Source: Potamilus streckersoni (lineage: Eukaryota). Taken from it: a stretch of DNA of 64,000 nucleotides. The stretch lies in contig JAEAOA010000900.1 in NCBI GenBank assembly GCA_016746295.1, positions 2,490,807 to 2,554,806 on the forward strand, written 5' to 3'. The notes below the pieces were generated by a model that saw only the letters and a program-made list of their open reading frames with translations, was not told where the DNA came from and searched no databases. The position numbers were made by a program, and so were the translations under genes. This document shows positions 27,813 through 41,131 of the stretch, in pieces (within the stretch, counting starts at the first letter, position 1; every line of letters starts with the position of its first letter).

Positions 27813-28069
27813 TAGAGGCCCTGAGTGGCCCAGTGGTCTAAAGTGCTGACCGTTACAAATCACTGCCATCTCACCTCTGTGTGAGTACGAGTCCAGACTC
27901 GGCTAACTTGGGTAAGTAAGAAAGCCTGCCAGTAGATTCTCGTGGGTCGGTGGTTCTTCCCGGGTTTTTTTTCATGGTTCTTCCTCCACCATTAATACTG
28001 GTCGCCATGTATAGTCTATCTTGTGCTGAAAAATGGCGTTAAGCCCTATAACAACAACAACAACATCAT
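27813..28069 (+). mobile_element. tRNA-derived SINE insertion with a (CAA)n tail and a perfect 13-bp target-site duplication
   Basis: The head ggccctgagtggcccagtggtctaaag carries an A-box TGGCCCAGTGG and a B-box-like gtacgagtccag. The 3' tail is caacaacaacaacaacatcatcaa. The direct repeat caaacattctttt flanks it on both sides (27800-27812 and 28068-28080). Confidence 0.75.
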
Positions 28070-28479
28070 CAAACATTCTTTTTCACATTTAAATTTTTGG
28101 CTATCTTTTCTATTTCCTGTTAGGGAATGAAAGAAGTTTTTAATAAACTTTGAGCATGCGTTAAAGATTAAAATACTCATTATAAAATACTGTCATAATG
28201 GCTTGCAATTTGTCTTGTTTTATCTTAGAAGAAAACCAAAATTTCCTGAAATTTGAAGAATTCTTTAAATTAATTTTCAACTATAAAATTTCTTCTGGGT
28301 GTATAGTTTAAAACTAGATATATTTTTTCATCTTTGGTATTATATTTACCAGTCATAAAAAATCCCAGTAATGTCAGAAATGTTATAAGATAATGCAAAA
28401 TCTCAATCTGAGAAGAATTTTGGAGAAATTTTGTGAAACTGGATCCATCTAGATGGCACACCACTGTTTATGCTGTTTC

Positions 28480-28880
28480 ATCAACTTACATTCCCTGCCA
28501 CAAGTACATTCCTTGATCTGTAATCACATACAATGGTAGATATTAGTTTATAATGTTCACTCAAGTCATATTTCCAGCCAACAGGACAGTCTCTCATACC
28601 ATCACATTAAACAATGCCAGATCTTGCTTTATGTTGTTCACTCAATTTATATGCTTCCCAACAGTACAATCTCTGATCTCTCATCACATTATACAATAGT
28701 AGCTCTTGGCCCACAATGTTCATTGAGTGACATTTCCAGCTAACATTATTGACTCCAATCTGTCATCACATACAAAGGTCGATCTTGGTTTGTTATTCAC
28801 ACAACTTGTATTTCCAGCCAACAGTATAGAATCTTATTTTCCATCACATTATAGTGTTAGATATTGGTCTATGCTGATTA
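28480..28880. repeat. Tandem repeat of ~80 bp, about 5 units
   Basis: The unit atttccagccaacag(g/t)a(c/t)ag...tcatcacatta(a/t)acaat...tgttcactcaa recurs at about 28571, 28651, 28732 and 28809. Confidence 0.7.
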
Positions 28881-29255
28881 GACTTGGGTTTTACTGATTA
28901 GAGCATGCCACTCTTTTCCTGATTAATTACAAAATGAATGAGTGTATGCCAACAGTAAGATAGTAACAGTTAAAATCAAGATTTTTAATGGCCCTTCGAA
29001 TGCATTAAAAACCCATTGATGTGCCATTTTGTGGCATGCATGCCTTAGGTTGCTGACCCCTGGATTAGAGTGTTCTTAGTTGCAAGTATTATTTTGAGAA
29101 AACAATATATTGTAATACCAGTACTTGTGTTATGCCATTAGCTTATTATCTGAATGAGCTTTTGGAAAGTATTTCATTTGCAAACTCTGTGTTTGTGTGA
29201 GTATGTATGTTTGTGTAAAGAAGATAATATTCTTTTATTTAATAATTGAACATAC

Positions 29256-29320
29256 CAAGTACTGGGCCTCCAATTTGGCTTGATGTTCAATTTCAGCTGC
29301 TTGGGCACGCAGTCTGGCAG
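29256..29320 (-). CDS. MVP: MVP exon encoding AARLRAQAAEIEHQAKLEAQYL
   Basis: Aligns to human LQAKLKAQALAIETEAELQRVQ. Acceptor ccatttcag|CTG, donor TTG|gtatg. Phase-1 carry-in is consistent. Confidence 0.8.
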
Positions 29321-29554
29321 CTGAAATGGAAGAAAACTGCATGAGGGTTGTGGTTTTACACTTCCTGAATACAAAAAAACACCGGGTAGTATTTTTCATG
29401 GGATAACCAATTTTCATGGCTTTCAATTGTTGATACATACAAAATTTAAAGATACAACAAGCAGTGAATCTTTAGTGGAAACAATATAAACTTCTCCTCA
29501 ATCCATGAATTAAAGTGCAAATGAAATGTTTTTTTGCAACACAAAAAAAACTAA

Positions 29555-30374
29555 TATCCACAACAATGGATTAACATTACATACACATATCCACAACAAT
29601 GGATTAACATTACACACACATATCCACAACAATGGATTAACATTACATACACATATCCACAACAATGGATTAACATTACATAAACATATCCACAACAATG
29701 GATTAACATTACATACACATATCCACAACAATGGATTAACATTACATACACATATCCACAGCAATGGATTAACATTACATACACATATCCACAACAATGG
29801 ATTAACATTACATACACATATCCACAACAATGGATTAACATTACATACACATATCCACAACAATGGATTAACATTACATACACATATCCACAACAATGGA
29901 TTAACATTACATACACATATCCACAACAATGGATTAACATTACATACACATATCCACAGCAATGGATTAACATTACATACACATATCCACAACAATGGAT
30001 TAAAATTACATACACATATCCACAACAATGGATTAACATTACATACACATATCCACAACAATGGATTAACATTACATACACATATCCACAACAATGGATT
30101 AACATTACATACACATATCCACAACAATGGATTAACATTACATACACATATCCACAACAATGGATTAACATTACATACACATATCCACAACAATGGATTA
30201 ACATTACATACACATATCCACAACAATGGATTAACATTACATACACATGTCCACAACAATGGATTAACATTACATACACATATCCACAACAATGGATTAA
30301 CATTACATACACATATCCACAACAATGGATTAACATTACATATCCACAACAATGGATTAATATTACATACACAT
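29555..30374. repeat. 33-bp minisatellite, about 25 near-identical units
   Basis: The unit atccacaacaatggattaacattacatacacat repeats head-to-tail. Because 33 is divisible by 3 and the unit lacks stops in several frames, it produces the 280-295 aa repetitive pseudo-ORFs in the ORF track on both strands. Confidence 0.95.
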
Positions 30375-31179
30375 GCAAATACAAATTTTCTTCTTTACAT
30401 GTTTCTTTGCTAATACTTACCAAATCAATGATAATTTATTAAATATTAGTTTATGCACAACTTCAGGATCTTGAGTTATTGTAGATATAAATTGCCACTG
30501 TTGCAATGAGATTTGTCTGATAATGAACATGGAGGGAGGAACTGCCACTGCTGGTGTGGTAAGATGATGTAATGTCAAATTATAAGGCTTAGTCCGTGGC
30601 TAACACTTGGATAGGGGTGTTGTACATGTACTTTCTAACTAAGATGGCTTACCTGGGAATTATGCAAGAGACTGTTATTAGCTTCATGGCTTTCATCATT
30701 GAGCTTGTTGAAGGGGGAAGCTTGAGCAGAACTATTCCCAATAGTTGGCATTAGCAGCAGAATTCCAAGAGCCAACCAAATTAGATAATCTTATGTAACA
30801 TTACAGGATTATACAGAATACCATGTGATCAGTCACTTCTTTAGTTGTTTTCAAATGTACAAACAATGAATGTAGAGCTGCACTTATCTGGCTTTTCAAA
30901 GGTACAGACAATGAATTTTGAGTCTTGGCATCAAACTTTTTTTTATGGATTTGTGCTGGGCATGCCACCATCCCAGTCACCGCCCATTAATTAATACAGC
31001 ATGGGTTGTGCCCTTATGTTGTTCATGTGCATGGGGCTATCATGGGAAAGGATCATTTTTCCTCAACTGGATACTCATAATCTATACTCATAACGTAAAG
31101 GTAATGCCCATTAAATACATTTCTTTTACAGTTATAAATAGGAAAAATATAAGAATATTTGCTTCACACTAAGATCAGC

Positions 31180-31700
31180 CTAGCTCTATTCCACAAATCT
31201 GGGATCAACCCAGAATACACTTTTGTGTGGGAATCAGCCTAGCACAGATTTGGTTAAGATGTAATCAGCCCAGAATACATTAGCATGCTGAGATCAGCAC
31301 ATAGTCTACTTCAGTTGGGGTCAGCCCAGAATACACTTGAATGCTGGGATCAGTCTAGCACAGATTTTATTTGAGCTGGGATCTGCCTAGCACCAATTCT
31401 ACTTGATCTGGGATCATCCTAGAATACACTGTAATGCTGGGTTCAGCCTAGAACTGACTAGAAATCAATCTTTTACACTGAGCTGGGATTCTGCCTAGCA
31501 CTAATTCTACTTGAGCTGGGATCAGCCTAGAATACACAGTAATGTTGGGATCAGCCTAACACCGATTGGGAATCAGTCTTTTATAGTGAGCTGGGATTAA
31601 CCTAGCATCAATTCTACTTTTACTGTACTCAGTAAAGCCGAGATCAGCCTAGCACTGACTGGGAATCATTCTTTTACATTCAGATTCTAGCCCATGAGTA
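31180..31700. repeat. Minisatellite of ~45-50 bp diverged units
   Basis: The unit gggatcagcctagcac(a/t)gatt..., alternating with gatcagcccagaatacac, recurs more than 10 times. Confidence 0.75.
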
Positions 31701-32271
31701 GCCCCTACAGAAAGAGCCAAATATTTTTTAAATATTTAAATTAAATATTGATGTTATTTTAGTTATGAGTTAGATGTTGTAGAATATTAGCAATAATGAA
31801 TAATGGCATGTTTTAGAGAAAGTGAGAGAGTGAGTCAGAGGGAGATAAATGCATATACTTGTGTATCCTATATTTCTTACAATGTATGTATTAAATCATT
31901 TCTTCTACAATTCAGTGTTATTTTGCTGTGCATAAATATTTTAGGAGAACTACCACCTCATGAATCTAGTTATCCCTGATGTTAGTTTATCTTCCCAATT
32001 AGTGGTGGTCAGGTTGAGTGATCTATTGATATAGGGATTGGCAGCAGGGTATGTTCTCTATATGGATTTAACTGCAGGGAGGGTGTATATGTATCATGAT
32101 TGAGTAAGTATTCACAAAGAAACATATTTTACTAGAAAAATGAGTTTCTTCTGTAAATATGTCATAATACCTTAGGAATCGGTAAGAGGTGGAGGAAGGT
32201 AGACCCCCTTACCAAGGAGATGACATGTTCAATCCCCTAGGGTATGTGAGACAATTTCTAAGAAATCCGAC

Positions 32272-33235
32272 TTAAGAAGACTCCATTTGTTGTGGAGCAT
32301 CTTCCAAAAGGGAAAATTTTCCCTCCTGATAATCCAACTTAAGTTGTGAAGCTGTGTCACATGAATCTGTTAAGTGACCTGGAAAGGTGACTTGTTGCAC
32401 CATGGCTATAGGTCCTACCAGATCTAGCTGAGTCCTATGGGATTCAAAATCTCTTAGATAAAAACTGAAAAATGTCAACCCTGACCTCCATCCCACAGCA
32501 TGGATAATGTCAATTAGATAACTGCTCCTCTTGACTGCATTGGCTAAAGTATGTTGAGCCGCTCTGATAAAAAATTGGGTTGTTCTGGAGACCACCTCCC
32601 ATTCATGTCCTGTGGAATTCGGACTAATAGAAGATAGCTCTGTTCTGCCTGTTGTAAGACAGCCATTGATACCAAGTCCAACATAGAGTCAACAGCTACT
32701 ACATTGTAGACAAACTGTTGTGTCATTGACAGATGTTCCACCAGTATGAATCAAGTATGGTTTTGTCATCCCCAAAGCTGTGATGTCACAGTTAACTGTT
32801 GGGGTGTAAAAATGAAAAACTGGCTTTTTGCAACTGTAGAACTGCTGATGAAAACTTATGGAAGGCACTTTTGTGAAAAAAGAGGTGTTTGATGCTGCGA
32901 TCTTGTAATTGATGATGTAAACAGTTCAAAATGTCTCTAATTCTGCCTGATGTTTTAGTTGTTTGAAGTTGGATTCTTCATTTCTCATGATAAGATCAAC
33001 AGATACTAAACTCTGGTCCAGGATGTTGATGGAGTAGGAGGAGGACAGAATTCTGGGAGTAAAAGGTAGAAAACTTCTTCAGCTGAAGCTCTGAGTCTTC
33101 CCATGAGACAGTACAGTCAAAAAATGATGCAGGAGCCTGAGAACAAGCATAATTTTCTTGCATGAAGTGAGGCTGATGCCTCTTGAGTTGTCTGAGGAGG
33201 AACTGGTGAAGAGTGTCAAGGTCTGCCACTGACAA
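32272..33235 (-). mobile_element. Frameshifted ORF fragments of an unclassified intronic transposable element
   Basis: Three overlapping or adjacent minus-strand ORFs of 65-107 aa sit in shifted frames (...SYLIDIIHAVGW..., ...VTFPGHLTDSCDTAS...) inside an MVP intron. There is no match to MVP. I could not recognise a family; a tyrosine-recombinase-like H..R / GH / Y spacing is only weak. Confidence 0.3.
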
Positions 33236-35583
33236 AACTTGCGGACCACCCTGAAGTAGAAAAGGTGATTCCTAACTGCTCATGAATTAAAGAGTTTCTT
33301 CTACTGACCAAACATTGCAAGAATTGAGAAGTGACATCTGAGGTACTAAGCTTGGCATCAAAACTAAAGACTGCTTTGAGTCAGTGTGTGGGTTAGACTA
33401 TGCTACAATTGCCTGCATATACCAGGTTCAACAAACTGGATGACAGATTGACTACTTGTAACTTATCATGTATATGTTGAGGGCTTTGTCCCTTATGGTC
33501 TCATAAATAGGCCTACACCAGTTGAACTGGAAGTAGGCTATGTTTGTACAGAGGATATCGTCCAAGTCATAATGATGGGATGGGTTACAGGATGTTTGTA
33601 TTCATGTAACCCATATGTGCATTGGCTTTGCAAGATGATACTTGTTTTGCTCTTTTCCCTACTGTTCATTAAGACTTGCAGAGTCAAACTTTGAGAAGGC
33701 AAGGCTTATAGGTACTGCCAACACAAGGAGTTCTGTGGTGGTGACAATGGTATCATGGCTGTCTCTGTGTAGATTTTGGATGTTTTGTGACTGGAGAACC
33801 TTTTGTTAATTTATCTCCCTTATCCACCAGAAATTCCTGCACTGATGACACATCAGCATGTAGCTTATGGTGTCTTTTTGTCTTTAGCCATTTGTTTCTG
33901 CATTTTGCCAATAATCTAATCTGTAAGACAACAGAGCAAAACATATACACCTCTTGTAGCTCTGCACCTGTCTCTTATTACCGAACAGAAATCTGGTGCA
34001 GAGCTATACCTTATAGTGATGCTTGGAAAATAGTTCTAGCAAAAAATTAATAAAGGTATGAACCAGCCTTTGTAAAAACCAAAATAATTCACCATGCTAC
34101 CTGCAAGAGGTAGTACAAGGACGACCTGCAAATGCAATGAAGTGTGGCATGCAGATGCTAACAGTATTAGTAGAGAAATTTCAACTGTATGTAGCCAGCT
34201 GTTGTGCATACACTGAGTTTTCCAATGGTTCCATAAGCATGCAGGAACATAAAAAAAAATTAATCTGAAGTCACATCAGCTGCCTGTGCATGTACCCAAG
34301 TGCAATAAAATGTGTAAAGAAAACAAAGTGAGGTAATATTGTAAAGGCAGAACTCTGTTGCCATTGGAAAAAAGAAAAGTTAGAACTTGCCTCTCCATAC
34401 TAAACTACATCAAACCTTGCTTTGAATTCACCTTATTCTCCTTTTGATTCTTTGCCTTGATGTCTTTGAAAAGATTTTTGAGTGTTCAATTTAAATGAGT
34501 TGACCTGACACACGCCTGTGACCACTAACTCTGATGCAGATAGGATATGCATGCCTTTATAAGCTTTTTCACATGTCATTCCTATTACTTGATTTGATAC
34601 AAAGCAGGTCTGACTTTAACCGAGTGTAACAATACAAATACATCCAATTAGGTTCTCACAGAAATGCCAGCAGATATAGGTGTGACAGTAGATTGCCATT
34701 TTTCATGTTTAAAGGGATATTGCATTTACGATGACTGCACTGAAACTGAAGTAAAACATATGACTGAAACACAAATTTCACTTCACAAAACCTTTTTAAT
34801 TGTTATTTATTTCCTAAGATCTGCAATCTATATGCATCAGTGCCAGTTTCACTGATCAAAATTGTATCAAGGACTATTTTTTACAGTGTACAGAGAATTT
34901 CTGGCACAGAAAATGTAACAAAAAAGTTTATTCATATTTTTGGATACCGACCGTCATTTTCGACAGTAAAATGAGCAATATATCATAACTTTGTTTATCA
35001 ATTTTGATTGTGATTTTCTTCATGTTCACCACACAAAGGTAAATCATTTTGGAATTTTCTAGAAAAAAAGAGATCCATGCATTCCACCTATGTTATAATT
35101 GGGTTCACAAATTATCCTGCAGTTGCTGAGGGAGCAGTGTATTCTTCTGGAATGTAATAGAAATTTCTTTTAATTAGAAAAAAAATACTGAAATTTTAGA
35201 CATACTATCAAGTATAAATGATGACCAATAACACAACCCATTCCATCTTATTCAGTAGCTTGTTAGAAAATGTTGTTTGAAAGTTTTTTTTGCTCTTAAA
35301 AACAGATGCCATATTTAATGGCACATTGGCAATATTTGTAAAAACCTGACAGGACTTCATGCCAGGATACTTTTTGTCAAATTTGGCCAAATTCTGCTCA
35401 ACAGATTTAGAGCTAAAACTCTCCAAAGGTTTTTCTATTTTTAGTAACAAAATCCACATTCGTGCCAGAATGCTCTCTGTTAAGTTTGGTTGAAATTGGT
35501 CCTGTGGTTTTGTGAAAAAGTTGAACAAGCAATTGCTGATGGATGATGTATGTCAGACACAGATGAACTAACGTAATACCTAC

Positions 35584-35810
35584 CTTCAATCTCGCTTTCA
35601 CATTCAATAAGAATCCTCTCAGCTTGTGCCTGAGCCTCTGCAGTGGCCTGGCCTGTGGACTCGACAGCAGCAGTGATGCTTTTCAGCTCAAGGAGTTTAC
35701 ATCGTTCGATTTCTGCCTCTTTCTCATTATGTAGTTTCTGCCGCTCCAGCTGGCCTTGTGATATCTGCTCATTCCTACCAGCTTCATGGGAAGCTGCAGC
35801 TTCTATTGAC
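35584..35810 (-). CDS. MVP: MVP coiled-coil (cap-helix) exon encoding KSIEAAASHEAGRNEQISQGQLERQKLHNEKEAEIERCKLLELKSITAAVESTGQATAEAQAQAERILIECESEIE
   Basis: Aligns to human [75 protein letters not shown]. Acceptor ttccag|GTC, donor GAAG|gtaggt. Confidence 0.88.
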
Positions 35811-37076
35811 CTGGAATAGATATTACCTGTAAATCTCTATCAATGACAAGATACTAAGATAATGTTATTACAGATTTTTGGTTGGACAGTTCATGTAGTG
35901 CTACTGATCACCAATTGTCAAAAGGCAAGTACGAACAAATATTTTGGTAAATATACCACTAAAAATGTAAAATTTTTGATTTCAATAAAAAAAAATCAGG
36001 ATATAGTTAGAAATGCACAGCATACAAGCATTTTTACTCTTAGCTATTCATTGTTTCCCCTCTAGTTATTCCAAAATGAATAAAGTGTGACTATTAAACC
36101 TGCATAACAACTATAATTTAATTAGAATTGTGCAACATAACCACATAATCATAGCTTTTCTAAGAAATGCGTAACTTTATCCCATTCAATGGTGTGCCCC
36201 CCTCCTACCACCCCAAGCCTTTTTCCCTAGGATCAATTAAATTTTATAAATCTGCCATACACATCTGTAAGCCACAACCAATAATATATATTGCAAGATT
36301 TGCATGGAAAGGAGGGTGTATAAATCCAAATCTGCCAACCCTAACTAGAACTTTTCAGAAATGCCATTGATTGGTTTTGTAAGAAAAGTTTTCACTAAAG
36401 TGTAACAAAATATTTACTGCTATTGTCAAGCTGGAAAACATTTTAAATTTGACGAAATTCAAGACTCGTGTAGCGATAGTAAATATCATGTTCTTCCAAG
36501 CCTAAACAAAATTTAGAAAGTTATTTAAAACCATAATGACCTCCAGTACAGTAGCACAAACTTCAATTCCAAAACTTACAGAGCTCAATGTCTTCTTGCT
36601 ATCTGTCAACTTGATATAAATCTTTCAACACACCGTTGTCCTTATTTCCTCTTCCCCCCCCAAATATAAGCATTCTATTTTATTCTTTTGTACTGATTAT
36701 TGAAACGTTTCAAAAGGTTTATTGTCCCTTTTGTTTGGAAAATGTATCGCTTGATGGATGCCATTTTAAAAAAAAAAGAAATAGCTTGATCATGCTGATG
36801 TTTTGCATCACAAAATATATCAAGTTTAAAGCATCTAAGGTACTACTGTGAAGTTGGTCTGATTCCCTGACTAAACCCACTAAATCTAATGTGAAATCCT
36901 GATCCAAATCAAACATGAACAAGCTAGTATCTGGATTCTGAAACAAACCATTTTATTTCCGATAACTTGTCCTAAATCTGTATTTTAAGTGTAATTTCTG
37001 TAAGACTTGAAGCAAAATCATAAGAGTTGCCAGATCTATATATTCAGTTTCAGTTTGACCAAAGAAAGAAACTTAC

Positions 37077-37177
37077 TTGGTAGAGATTTCTATGGCTAGC
37101 TGTACAGATTTACTTAAACTGTCTCTCATTTTCATGTCCACAGGTTCTATGCTCTGGACATCAACAGTAGTAATCAC
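37077..37177 (-). CDS. MVP: MVP exon encoding [33 protein letters not shown]
   Basis: Aligns to human [33 protein letters not shown]. Acceptor cttgcag|GTG, donor CCAA|gtaagtt. Confidence 0.88.
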
Positions 37178-38432
37178 CTGCAAGCACAAAGAAATAAGGG
37201 TGATATTTTCAAATTATCTTAGGCAAATGTTAAACTGAATGATACCAAATTTACAGGTCATTATGTACAACAATATTATATGTTATAAATGGCAGATTCA
37301 TAAGACTGATTGTATCCATAATGAGTCTCAAGAAATTCTTCAATTTCATTGATTACTTTTTTAAAAACCGTTTTCATTATTGTTAGAATGCATGTACATA
37401 GAAACTGACCAAAACATGAAACCTGAAATCATCAATAAAGTAGTTTCTTATGTCAATAGCCTTAATATGACATTTATTCTTAAGAATGCATTATATTTTA
37501 ATATATTTCTTAAGATCACATGTACTTGTAAAATGTGATTTATCCTAATGAAGCCAAAGAAGTAAATGTTAATGAGTTAAACAACTTATGAAAAACTGAA
37601 TGTCAAGCCTAAGATGAACATGTTTTAAAACATGTGCAACTGACCCCTAAGGGAAAAAACCTTGAACATGCTGCAGAATGAATTTTCTTGGCTTTATAAT
37701 GAATCATTGCATGCATGAAGAAAATCTATCAGGGGGTTTAGAAAATATAAGCAACTAAAAATACTTTAACCAAAAACTGGAATGCAAAGTTTATATGATC
37801 AGAAAACATGTGCCCTTGACCCAAATGTAAGAACAATGAGTTAACACACTGAATTAACTGTCTTATTTTCTTAATAATTCATCCCAAGTATGAAGAAAAT
37901 TCACCATGGAGTTAGGGAAATAAAAGCAAATGAAAAACTTTAACCAAAACCCTTAAAAACTGTTGATACTACTGACAGAAAAATGACTGCTGTATCTTGC
38001 TTTTCACTGGCATTGACTAGATGAAAGTACAACTATGCATCTAAATATGTAAAGTAACATGCCCATGACATTTGACTGTTTCAAGTGCTTTTTGTAATCT
38101 GTTCATTCTGTCAGTGTGATTCTGCAGTTACTGAATAGTCATAGCTGAGGTCAAAGATGGACTGTGAAGCTTTTTACAGAAAGGTATGGATAAACCTTAA
38201 GCAGTTTCTTCAGCAAAAAAGTAAAGAGCCCAGCAAAACTGGGGTCTCCAACAAGTGAATGAAAATGTCCAGACTTTTACCCAGCTACCTGATTTAAATT
38301 ATTTAACTTAATTCAAAGCTTTGGATTATTATTAAACGAAAAGGGAAGCTGTTAAATGGCACAAATATATAATGAACATATTATTTCCAGTTGATTAATA
38401 TACAATTCAAGAAAATGAAATTTGAAAGTTAC

Positions 38433-38569
38433 CAAATTATTATTTGTGAATCTTGTTTCTTTTTGCAGTACCCCATCCTTTTGGAACACAGCATTCAGAA
38501 TAACCTGGGAAGAATGACGATGAAATTCATCAAATGAGGTACGTGCAACCGCTGCCCGAATTCTGCTAC
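38433..38569 (-). CDS. MVP: MVP exon encoding GSRIRAAVARTSFDEFHRHSSQVILNAVFQKDGVLQKETRFTNNNL
   Basis: Aligns to human [32 protein letters not shown]...AVFPQNGL. Acceptor tatttcag|GTAG, donor TTG|gtaact. Length 137 nt with the correct phase. Confidence 0.8.
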
Positions 38570-39150
38570 CTGAAATAAAAAAAATTAAGGATATTTCCTC
38601 ATACTGCAACTAAACATTTTAGTGAATAATTTGCTAAAAAATAACTATGCAAAAGTCAAAGGATAAACATTTATAACAGTCAATTAATTCAAAGTAATGA
38701 GCTGTAAATAACATTCATGAAAGTGAGATTTTCTATCTATACTTACATATGCACCACTGCAAACAACAGAGACTTTGATCTGCCATAATAAAAAGTCAGG
38801 ATCTCTGTCATTGGTTCTACTGATAATTTCCAACAAAATGCAGAGACCCAGACCTAAAAGCACATAATGCAACAGCAAAACTGGTTCTAAGCAATTTGCA
38901 CTGGGACCAGACTTACAAGTGAGTATATATGATACTATGGCATATATTGTATCTCAGCAACATTTATTTTCCATTAAAGTTCTCCAAGGAAACTTTTCTA
39001 ATCTCCACCTCTAACCCTAGATCTCAAAGTTCATAACTTATAATTGAGATAAAACTGCTATTATTTCATATATCTTCCCAAAATATTCATTAACTTGCAC
39101 ATGTACATTTAAGGGAGATTAGTTGTATTTAACTAATTGAGTTACCCTCT

Positions 39151-39290
<140 letters not shown>

Positions 39291-40268
39291 TTAAGATAAT
39301 GTCTAATAAACTAATCAAATGAAATCTGAGCTTTTTCAGCAATAAAAATTCATCTGGTCAATCTTATTATTGACAAGAAACCAGACATCACATAAGATAC
39401 AGGAGATGAAATTCCCTCACACCATGTACTTTTTACAACTCTGGCATGTGTGATCACATATCAGAACTTAGAACACAATATGTAAAGTCTAAGCCCTAAA
39501 TTAAAGAGAAAATAATACTAGTAACAACTAACCTTAATTATCATGTTTTAGGATCTAGGCAATACAACTTTACCATTTAACTTAATCTGAAATGGCTTTC
39601 AAATAAGTGTATATATTTTTGATGATGTAAATCTACTTGTCAAAAATAATGTTCAAAACAGAGTGGCATACAACGCTGCTGAGAGAAATTCTTAAGTATA
39701 GATTTTGGGTAAAAAAAATTCACCTTTATAAATAAATAGTTTAATAAAAATCTAGTGTAGCATGGAAGGATGATACAAAAACTGAAAGCAACAACTAATC
39801 CAGAAAAAAAGGCACATTTTATGGGACATTCAATTATTTCTTATTTGTTACAACTATTTATAGCCCCCTGAATGTTTTTCTTAACAATTTCTTGGTGCCA
39901 TGTTAATTTTCACCAAACAAATATACAAGAAAGCCTTCAGAATTTTAGGATCTTTGATATATATGGGGATGAATGGATGGTTAGATCTGCTGGTGCATTA
40001 AAACTTGACTATAGGTGGTGTTACATCATGGGTACACGTCTTGCTGTGAATGAATTTTAACTCTAACCTGTTGGTATCATTCTATTTGGAAATATTTAAT
40101 TAAATATGATCCAAATGTTTTAGACATATGGATGGGTCTGAGATCTAATTTAAGCAGAAACAATCTGAAATCTAATTTAAGCAGAAACAATCACACAGGC
40201 ATATCTTTCAATATGTGTTGTTGTGTAGGTAAATTAGGAAATATTTCCTATCCACTAATAAAACATAC

Positions 40269-40347
40269 CTAACTGTCGGCAGGCATAACCAATAAAATCT
40301 GGGACTGAAAAGATAGCTGCTTCACTCCTTGGGTTTCCTTTTGTATA
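40269..40347 (-). CDS. MVP: MVP exon encoding YTKGNPRSEAAIFSVPDFIGYACRQL
   Basis: Aligns to human [28 protein letters not shown]. Acceptor tctttcag|TAT, donor TTAG|gtatgt. Confidence 0.8.
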
Positions 40348-40723
40348 CTGAAAGATTGAATTACATATATAAATTTGATAGAACAATATGAAACCAAAGG
40401 ATTACGATTTTATCTCATGAACATAACTACAGAATACAAAGAAATGGGCCTTTCTTATTGAAAAAGACAAAATTTGTAGAGGTAAATGTGCTATGATATG
40501 CTATGTCTCAAAAGGGAGATTTTTTTATCAGCATAAATTTTATATGTTTTAAGGGAATTTAAACCAAAACAAGTTCAATTTGTCACAAAATAAGTATTCT
40601 CTTCATATTATAATACTATAATACAACACATAATTTTGTGCATGATTCAGATTCAGAATCTGATGGAAAATGTTACAAGCAAAGATTTTTTTATATACAA
40701 TTCACAGGCATTTTTAGTTTCCT

Positions 40724-41131
40724 TCAGATGATCAATGTCTGGTGACCACTGGTGACATTCAGGCTCTTAATAGTCTTCTGGTACAGACTTCCCCTTGAAT
40801 CACTCAGGATTTTCTGAAGAATGGAGAATGTCTTCTCTGTGTTTTTATCCACTATTGATCCAGTCTCAAATAATGCCTTCAATGTGGGTGTGTTTGTTAC
40901 AGAAAAATTGTTGCTCCTATGTGATGGTGCCCATATATGCCTGGTGATATCATTTCTTCCTCCATAGGCTATCTTAAAATCCAATTTGCATGAAAGACAC
41001 AATGCAAAGTCAGAACCTTTGCTTTTAGTCTGCATACACTTAAATTCCAGATTCCAAGCATTGTTAAACTTGCTGTAGTATTTCTTAGCATGTGGCTTCT
41101 TAGCATTGGGAGAAAGCGGACGTTTTGGCAT
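40724..41131 (-). CDS. zf-BED-like zinc-finger ORF of 135 aa, probably derived from a hAT-superfamily transposase N-terminus
   Basis: The translation contains AWNLEFKCMQTK...ALCLSCKLDFKIAYGGRNDITRHIWAPSH, which fits the BED-finger signature W..F......C..C..(n)..H.....H. It is a single open frame inside an MVP intron. Confidence 0.4.
   Translation of the reverse strand: MPKRPLSPNAKKPHAKKYYSKFNNAWNLEFKCMQTKSKGSDFALCLSCKLDFKIAYGGRNDITRHIWAPSHRSNNFSVTNTPTLKALFETGSIVDKNTEKTFSILQKILSDSRGSLYQKTIKSLNVTSGHQTLII

Noticed and set aside
29510-30423. Three overlapping ORFs of 280-295 aa on both strands
   Set aside because: They lie entirely within the 33-bp minisatellite. The period is divisible by 3 and the unit lacks stops in several frames, so these are repeat artefacts and not genes.
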